Shown here piece after piece: positions 57,542 through 64,000 of a DNA stretch of 64,000 nt. Location: contig JBBRCZ010000005.1 in assembly GCA_038204425.1 (NCBI GenBank), positions 1 through 64,000 of the forward strand. Reading direction: 5' to 3'. Within the stretch, counting starts at the first letter, position 1. Every line of letters begins with the position of its first letter. The DNA is from Spirochaetia bacterium (GTDB taxonomy: Bacteria; Spirochaetota; Spirochaetia; DSM-27196; Salinispiraceae). Made by a program: the position numbers and the translations under genes. Below the pieces are notes generated by a model that searched no databases, was not told where the DNA came from, and worked only from the letters and a program-made list of their open reading frames with translations.

Positions 57542-57872
57542 CTACAAGATGTTGAATGCATTGACTCTACTGGCTCCCGACACCACTAAACTTGTCGCTG
57601 CTGTTTCGTTAGAGCCATTTGCGTTGACCGAGCTTGCGTACATCAAGATAGGGCAGAAAATTTTAGTCAACAACCATTTCTTCCGTGCTTTTATTTGATT
57701 AACTAATGTTTGCGGCAATGGCACTGGAAATGTTTATTCTGTCGAAGGAACCTAAGTTATAGTCTTGCCTAACTACAACGACGCTCGGCATAACTGCAAA
57801 TAGGCAAGAACTCAGACTGGTAAAAAATACTAGTCCTAACAAAGCCAAACGAAAAATTGCCTGGCGGTTTAA
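57542..57872 (-). pseudogene. GIN-domain (DUF2807-like) lipoprotein remnant
   Basis: LSSC lipobox, LGSFDRINISSA, then in-frame stops around NFLPYLDVR, then LVVSGASRVNAFN in another frame. Confidence 0.55.
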
Positions 57873-57945
57873 ACCGCCGGACTGATTTCTGCCCGGCGCG
57901 CCTTTTGCATTTTTTCTCATTGTAACCATACGTAAGTCCTTGGCC

Positions 57946-58098
57946 CTCGTTGAGGGTCACTTTGCCGTCACCATTGGCATCTGCCGCACCGTCCAAGTCC
58001 TGCATTAAACTACACCTACGGCGCGCGTCATTTATGGCCCACAAGAGCCGTTGTCGTTCTTGCCCACCATTGTTGGCACCAACAAAAAGCGCGATTCT
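57946..58098 (-). pseudogene. Caspase-family (peptidase C14-like) protein remnant
   Basis: RIALFVGANNGGQERQRLLWAINDA joined almost directly to GAADANGDGKVTLNE; catalytic region absent. Confidence 0.65.
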
Positions 58099-58103
58099 CT
58101 CAA

Positions 58104-58415
58104 CTATTCCGCTGGACTCAGATTGAGCTTAAAGTGGTCTTCGAGTTTCAATTGCCAGTTTGACCGTTTGAGAATGCTAGTAATCTGCAAACAAGTTTGA
58201 TCGACCGGGATTTCGCTACTGGCAGTAATAAAGTAGAAATTTTCAAAACCTGGTTCGTCATCAAACTGATAGGCGTACGGCAATAGAACTGAACCTTGCT
58301 GCTTGCCTTCACTCGTTGTATGTAGTGTTGATGGATAGCGTAGTGTCATATGCTGACTTCCATCAATGGAAATAATGATGCCAAATGGGCTACCATTTGC
58401 GACATACAATACTTG
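58104..58415 (-). pseudogene. C-terminal fragment of an anti-sigma/ActD-like protein
   Basis: QVLYVANGSPFGIIISIDG..LRYP..LLPYAYQFDDEPGFENFYFITA. Confidence 0.55.
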
Positions 58416-58509
58416 CCGCTTGTCTACGCTCTACTTGGACAAAGACCTCTTGCATGGTGTCCATCAGTGCTTCCTGATCCTTGAGCAAAAACTTACAACG
58501 CCGCAGCAC
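58390..58509 (-). pseudogene. ECF sigma factor region-2 remnant
   Basis: GGAGG RBS then VLRRCKFLLKDQEALMDTMQEVFVQVERRQ; stop after 39 codons. Confidence 0.65.
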
Positions 58510-58654
58510 CCTAGTTCCTCCGGAATCTGTCAAGACTGGTTTTACCCGCTTTCTTTGAGTACCAAAAACGTATATCTTATGTTCTGATCGTTGGTTTGAT
58601 GGAAAAACTACGGTTTGATTAGCGTCCCCAAAATCACGGATAGGAGATTCTCAG

Positions 58655-59641
58655 GTGCGAAAAGACTTTCTTCTCAAAGACAACAAGATGACTGCCTGTG
58701 CTGCAAATGAATCCACAGTAATGATATTTACTAATCCCGACACAAACGAAAGAGAATGGCTGGCCGAGGCTTTTGACATTTCTGCTCATACACTTAGCTC
58801 AGCAATCGATCATGACGAGCAAGGTCGCCTTGAGGTGGGCCCAAATCACATTTCGCTTATTCTCAAAATACCAAAAAACTATTGCTCAGAAGACAATTTT
58901 GTTTTTAGAGTTTTATCGTTGGGCATGTTTCTCTTTAAGGATCGGCTCATCATCGTTTCTCCCAACGAGAACGTCCCTTTGGACGAAAGCTCTTCGATAC
59001 ACGTCATCAATGACCCCATAGATATTGTACTTAGAGTCTTTGGTGGCACCATTTCCCATTTTTTGGGGCACCTAAAGGTCATCAACCTTTTGTCAGAAGC
59101 CCTTGAGAAAAAAGTCACCAACTCTATGGCAAATGAGCATCTCTTGGATATGTTCACTATAGAAAAGAGCTTAGTCTACTACCTAAACGGCCTGGGTTCT
59201 AATCAAAGCCTAATGGAAAAGTTTAAACTCAACGCTAAGCGCATTGGACTTGATGATGACCACCTAGAGTTTTTGGACGACATCATCATCGACAATGCGC
59301 AGTGCAACAAACAAGCCGAAATTTATTCCAATATTTTAACCGGACTAATGGAAGCGCGTGGATCAATTGTAAGCAACAATCTCAACTTGTTGATCAAACG
59401 ACTAACCATCGTCAACGTGGTTTTTATGCCACTCAATCTGATTGCCAGCATGGGCGGAATGTCTGAGTTCTCTCAAATGACCCTCGGGGTCCCCTTTTGG
59501 ATCAGCTACCTGCTTTTTGCTTTTGGTATTACCATTATTGGCTTTTTTACCTTTTTTTTGGTCAGACGCTATTCGGGAGATAACAAGGTTCAGCGCCATA
59601 GGCCCAAACAGCACAATCTAAGACGACGAGCGCGGGATTAG
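58655..59641 (+). CDS. corA: CorA family divalent cation transporter
   Basis: SIVSNNLN..KRLT..FMPLNLIASMGGMSEF and two C-terminal TM helices. Confidence 0.88.
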   Translation: MRKDFLLKDNKMTACAANESTVMIFTNPDTNEREWLAEAFDISAHTLSSAIDHDEQGRLEVGPNHISLILKIPKNYCSEDNFVFRVLSLGMFLFKDRLIIVSPNENVPLDESSSIHVINDPIDIVLRVFGGTISHFLGHLKVINLLSEALEKKVTNSMANEHLLDMFTIEKSLVYYLNGLGSNQSLMEKFKLNAKRIGLDDDHLEFLDDIIIDNAQCNKQAEIYSNILTGLMEARGSIVSNNLNLLIKRLTIVNVVFMPLNLIASMGGMSEFSQMTLGVPFWISYLLFAFGITIIGFFTFFLVRRYSGDNKVQRHRPKQHNLRRRARD

Positions 59642-59642
59642 T

Positions 59643-60593
59643 ATGCCAGTGCAAATAACTGATCCGCAAAATCTAAGACCACTGTCTTGGCCTTCCTTTA
59701 TGCCGGAAACCTTACCAGACTACGAAGCGCTATTGGCATCAATTCCTGAACACCGATACCAAAATATTAACGACTATCGCATAAGCCTCTACAGTTTTGG
59801 CAGGGAAAATGCGCCAATCACGCTGCTATTTCTGCATGGTTTTGCAGGGCAAGGTGCAGAGGCCTTAAGTCTTGGTCGACATTTGTCAGCTGATGGTCAA
59901 ATTAGAGTGCTTGCACCAGACTATCCTGACTGTGGCTTTTCACAGCTCTGTCAGACCAGCCCTGGCATGGATGGATTTGTTGCTTTTACCCAGAGCTTTA
60001 TTGACTGGGCAGCAGCATTGGCCAAAAAGAACAAAAGTCGCTTGGTGCTCTCCGGCCATTCAACAGGGGTGCAGATGATCTGCAATGCATTACTAGACAC
60101 TAGCTATCAAGCTCCCTCAATCCACAGGCTTATTTTTGTGGCACCAAATGGTTTGCAAGGGGAGGAAGGCCCAATGCTCAAGCTACGAGCTCGCTGGCTC
60201 ACCAAACTTGCAAAACCTTTTTTTAACCATGGGATCTATCGAAGTCTTGCAAAATTTAGGGTCTACTACCAGATCAAAAATGTTGATCCAGTCATTCTCC
60301 AGTTGGGACTTGCCAGTATGTTTAGACCCGGTGCTTGGGAAGCCTCCGAGAACTACCTACTCGATACTATTGGTCACGATCCACTCGACGGCCGATTGGC
60401 TGCCCTCGACCAAGCCACGCTAATTTTGTGGGGCCGCAAAGATAAAGTGCTCAACTTCTCGTATTCTCAGACCTTTTTGGCTCAACTGCCCAACGCCAAG
60501 CTAGTAAGCGCCGATAAAACTGGCCATGGCCTGCACAGTGAAGCAGCCGCATGGGCAGCAAATCAGATCAAAGATTTTCTATTTAAAAGCTAG
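59643..60593 (+). CDS. Alpha/beta fold hydrolase
   Basis: FLHGF, GHSTG nucleophile elbow, WGRKD, TGHGLH. Confidence 0.9.
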   Translation: MPVQITDPQNLRPLSWPSFMPETLPDYEALLASIPEHRYQNINDYRISLYSFGRENAPITLLFLHGFAGQGAEALSLGRHLSADGQIRVLAPDYPDCGFSQLCQTSPGMDGFVAFTQSFIDWAAALAKKNKSRLVLSGHSTGVQMICNALLDTSYQAPSIHRLIFVAPNGLQGEEGPMLKLRARWLTKLAKPFFNHGIYRSLAKFRVYYQIKNVDPVILQLGLASMFRPGAWEASENYLLDTIGHDPLDGRLAALDQATLILWGRKDKVLNFSYSQTFLAQLPNAKLVSADKTGHGLHSEAAAWAANQIKDFLFKS

Positions 60594-60655
60594 TCTTGGG
60601 GCTACTTTTGTTTTTATAAAGGCAAGTAAACTTTTGTATTCCCGTCCTCTCAACT

Positions 60656-60955
60656 TCAAAGATTTAAAACGGAAACTTCTTGACCTTTCGCAGGCATTTC
60701 TGCTAACAGTGGCATAGCCTCTGAGATGAGTTTTCCAACACCTTCTACGGCGAGAGATGCCTCGTGATCTTCTTTTGTTTCCCAAATCTCCGTGATGAAG
60801 ACCGCATTGACATCAGCGTTACTATGTCCTACAGCATACATCTCACAACCCTTAGCTTTTGCCCGCATTAGTTCTGAGGCTTTAAGCATTATGGTTGTTA
60901 GCTCATCCAGCATACCTAGCTTTGCGGTCAATTTTCCTTGTAGCAAGTATTTCAC
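60656..60955 (-). CDS. Antibiotic biosynthesis monooxygenase (ABM) family protein
   Basis: GKLTAK.G, GCEMY, VFITEIWETKEDHEASL; GTG start after GGAG. Confidence 0.82.
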   Translation of the reverse strand: MKYLLQGKLTAKLGMLDELTTIMLKASELMRAKAKGCEMYAVGHSNADVNAVFITEIWETKEDHEASLAVEGVGKLISEAMPLLAEMPAKGQEVSVLNL

Positions 60956-61238
60956 AGCCTTTTCTCCCTTTCCAATCGGCTGCCTTGATTTTGATTTCCA
61001 GCAACGCAATTCTTTAGTCGAATGTAGAATCAGCTTATTTTGCTGTCAAGATTTGAATTCCCAGAAAAGGTAGAATCTCACAAAGGTTTGTTACCTCCAT
61101 AACCAGAAACCAAACAGTTCCTGCTCGGCCATCTGCGAAAAAAATTAAAGTTTGCACCACACCTAAGATGGAGTTATCTTCTACGTTGACACTGCATCAG
61201 CGAGCAGTGAGACAGTACAATTAGCTAAGGAAGCAACT

Positions 61239-62621
61239 TTGCCAAGACCCAACCGTCGCATAACAGACTCTTCGTCTATCGAACTTAAACTACCCCCCGT
61301 TCAGATGGCTAAGGCAACCTTAGTTGTGCTGCTCGGATTGGGTACAGCGTTAATTGTGCTGCAATTGTTAAACGTCATGGTTATGGTTTTTGTAGCGTTG
61401 GTCATCGCCACGACCGTACACCCCCTACTCGCAACGTTGCAGAGGATTAAGATTCCCAAACCACTTGCAGTTCTGATCATTTATCTATTGGGCTTTGGAG
61501 TATTGGCTGCCCTTTTTGTCTTGGTTATTCCCGTTTTGATTACCCAAGGAAGCGAATTGATTCAGAACTTGCCCCAGATATACGCAGATTTGATAGCCTC
61601 ATTGCAAACAAATAGCAACGAATTTATGCGCGATCTTGCCCAGCGCTTACCCAATGCAGACCAATTAGCGACGCAGATACAAACTCTCAGCGGGGCCATA
61701 TTGACCGGTGCTGTAGGTATTGGAGCGAGCGTACTCGGCTTTTTGGCGCAGGTCGTCAGTATAGTGGTGTTGAGTATTTATCTGACCTATAACCAGTCCA
61801 AGCTTGAGCGATTTTGGGTCTCGTTAGCGCCCCCAAAACGAAGAAGCGAAGTTTTAAACGTGTGGAGAGCCATGGAAGCCAAATTGGGCGGCTACGTTAG
61901 AAGCGAGCTCTTACTTATGGCTTCAGTTGCCGTGTTAGCAAGCGTTGGTTACGCTATTATGGGCCTACCCTACGCTATCGCTTTGGGAGTTTTGGCAGGC
62001 CTCTTGGAGTTTGTTCCAATAGTAGGCCCCATCTTAGGCGCAGTACCCGCTCTGCTGGTGGCACTTTCAATTTCTCCCACGGCGACAATATCTGTTTTGG
62101 TCTATTCGCTTGTCATCCAAGTGCTAGACAATGCGTTTTTAATACCTCGACTGATGGGAAAATCAGTAGGCGTTAGTCCGATAACCGTCATTGTCGCGGT
62201 GTTTGCTTTTTCTACCCTAATGGGGTTAACTGGAGCATTCTTAGCGATACCTTTGGCGGCCATTATCCAAGTTTTAGTCGATCACATGGTTACCAGTGCT
62301 GGCAAGAAAGGCAACGTAAATGCCGTGCTTTCGCCCGACAGTGCAACGGTCAGAGCTCGTATTCAACTTTTGCGGTCAGAGGCTCAATCAAGGTTGCGCG
62401 GTGGATCAAAACGAATAGCCCTAGTCCATGGCGATGCCGACGATCTGGATTTCCAAGCAGATCAGCTGCTAAGCAAGGCGGAGCAAGAGCTGTCAGGCGC
62501 AGATGCGACAGCCCTAACCGATACTGAAGAAGTACACAGCGAACGCTTGGCCGCCGTAGAAATTTTGATCGCGCAGGCAGCAGAAATGGTGGCAGTGGCG
62601 GTAAAGGAAAACAAATCCTAG
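61239..62621 (+). CDS. AI-2E (PerM/TqsA) family transporter with C-terminal soluble extension
   Basis: LEFVPIVGP, QVLDNAFLIPRLMG, GAFLAIP. Confidence 0.9.
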   Translation: MPRPNRRITDSSSIELKLPPVQMAKATLVVLLGLGTALIVLQLLNVMVMVFVALVIATTVHPLLATLQRIKIPKPLAVLIIYLLGFGVLAALFVLVIPVLITQGSELIQNLPQIYADLIASLQTNSNEFMRDLAQRLPNADQLATQIQTLSGAILTGAVGIGASVLGFLAQVVSIVVLSIYLTYNQSKLERFWVSLAPPKRRSEVLNVWRAMEAKLGGYVRSELLLMASVAVLASVGYAIMGLPYAIALGVLAGLLEFVPIVGPILGAVPALLVALSISPTATISVLVYSLVIQVLDNAFLIPRLMGKSVGVSPITVIVAVFAFSTLMGLTGAFLAIPLAAIIQVLVDHMVTSAGKKGNVNAVLSPDSATVRARIQLLRSEAQSRLRGGSKRIALVHGDADDLDFQADQLLSKAEQELSGADATALTDTEEVHSERLAAVEILIAQAAEMVAVAVKENKS

Positions 62622-62666
62622 CCGCTGCAACTGCAACTGCAAAATAGACCCGGCACCAAGGCTGGT

Positions 62667-64000
62667 TTACAAGAGCCCGCGTTTAAAGACAATAAAGACT
62701 GTCATAGTGATGGGCAGCAGTATTAACATAAAGAGCTCGCGGTTGAGGTTGGCAAATAGCAAACGTCTGTCAAAGTTATGTAAGAAGCTGAGTTTGGGCC
62801 AAAGGTAGCGGCCCACCAAAATTGCAGCTGCTATGACCAGCAAATCTATTGCAAGGTCCAGCAGGGATAGGCCAGGATTTGCAAGCAGTGAGTGACCAAA
62901 AAGCATCAGATAGAGCGCGCCAAAGACAAGCACCGCCAAGACTGGCCAGAATCGCTTGCCCAAAGCTTTACGCAGTCCGAGTCTATGTTTGGCAAATGCT
63001 GCCACAACAAAGAACGACATACCGAACAATAAGACCTTGTAGACGGACTGACCAGACAAAAAGGCCTGTTTTAAAAAATAAACTGGGCTTGCAAAAAGCC
63101 CAGCCATTGAAAAAATAGCCAAACCTATAATTGGAAGACTGAGTCTGCGCACAAGATAGCGTCCTCCGCGCTGAGAAAGGTCTTCATAACTATAGAACAT
63201 AATACTCTTGTGAAGTGCGTGTATTGGCATATACAAAAATGCAAGATCGTAGTTTTTAAACGAACACATTAAGCCAACCAAACCTACCGTCACCAAGGTG
63301 TTGTGTGCAATAGTTCGTTTTAGGTCGGTTTCAAAAAACATACACAGCGCACCGACAATCATAGTTGCCAACGAGAGATACCTTAGCAGTTCAAAAAATT
63401 CCATCATACCAGCTCGCTCGGCCGGTACTAAGACAAATATATAGAAACCTCTTATGCCGGAAAAAACAGTGAATGAAGCTAGGAAAGACGAAACCAAAGA
63501 ATTGGTCGCCCCATGACAGCTGGCCACCCACCCGGACGCTGGAAAGAGTGCTGCTTTGATCGCAAATGCAATGGCGCACAAAAGCAATCCGAGATCTAAC
63601 CATGGTCGCGCAATTATCTCATGACTTGGATCATAACCAAAACCCATTCCAGCGCCGCCCGCATAGAGCACAATTATGCCAGCCAAGAAGAACAACGAAC
63701 TTATCCCGCCAGTTAGCATGTATTTGATAGAAGCGCCGTAGTTTCCTTTTAGGCCAATTAAGACGTAGGCAGCCATAATCATCAGCTCGTAAAAGACAAA
63801 AAAATTAAAGATGTCTCCAGTAACCAAAAGTCCGATACTACCAGCCAAGAAGAAAAGAAATACCAGCCTAACATTGATTGAGTCCAAACTCTTTAATCGG
63901 AACAAGGCGAAAGCCATAGGAATAAAGAGATTGGCCATAAAAAAAATCTTTTCTTGGCTAAAGTGAAACTGGATGGAAAACGGAAGAGCACTGAGTGCAA
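62667..64000 (-). CDS. MrpD/NuoN-like proton-conducting membrane subunit (5' end outside the window)
   Basis: TGDIFNFFVFYELM, IKAALFP..W, DLKRTIA, HALHKS; the frame stays open to the window end. Confidence 0.85.
   Translation of the reverse strand, partial: ALSALPFSIQFHFSQEKIFFMANLFIPMAFALFRLKSLDSINVRLVFLFFLAGSIGLLVTGDIFNFFVFYELMIMAAYVLIGLKGNYGASIKYMLTGGISSLFFLAGIIVLYAGGAGMGFGYDPSHEIIARPWLDLGLLLCAIAFAIKAALFPASGWVASCHGATNSLVSSFLASFTVFSGIRGFYIFVLVPAERAGMMEFFELLRYLSLATMIVGALCMFFETDLKRTIAHNTLVTVGLVGLMCSFKNYDLAFLYMPIHALHKSIMFYSYEDLSQRGGRYLVRRLSLPIIGLAIFSMAGLFASPVYFLKQAFLSGQSVYKVLLFGMSFFVVAAFAKHRLGLRKALGKRFWPVLAVLVFGALYLMLFGHSLLANPGLSLLDLAIDLLVIAAAILVGRYLWPKLSFLHNFDRRLLFANLNRELFMLILLPITMTVFIVFKRGLL

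Overview
Gene-dense bacterial chromosome segment, most likely from a free-living spirochaete (inferred from CheX, an FlgD-Ig-repeat exported protein and an HU-domain fusion). I found no rRNA, tRNA, CRISPR array or intact mobile element. Housekeeping and stress genes include aroA, recQ, ahpC/ahpD, htpG, icd, leuB, a dsbD-like gene and corA. There is also a nitrate transporter + cytoplasmic nitrate reductase + Moco biosynthesis operon and an arsenic resistance operon with an ArsR-ArsC fusion. The best candidate for an undescribed system is a sigma-54-preceded, tightly coupled operon at 50491-55171: cheY-like, cheX, an ammonium transporter fused to a CheA-type (Hpt + HATPase) kinase, and a PAS adenylate cyclase. 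Also notable: (i) a CRP/FNR-type TTGAC-N4-GTCAA site at identical spacing from the -10 element upstream of both the nitrate operon and a distant 4Fe-4S gene; (ii) three loci collapsed by internal deletions (ABC exporter, adenylate cyclase, ECF-sigma/anti-sigma/caspase-like/GIN operon); (iii) a Fur-box promoter with a 12-codon mini-ORF coupled to a tocopherol-cyclase-family gene; (iv) a probable leaderless, autoregulated marR. All product calls come from motif recognition by eye, not database searches.
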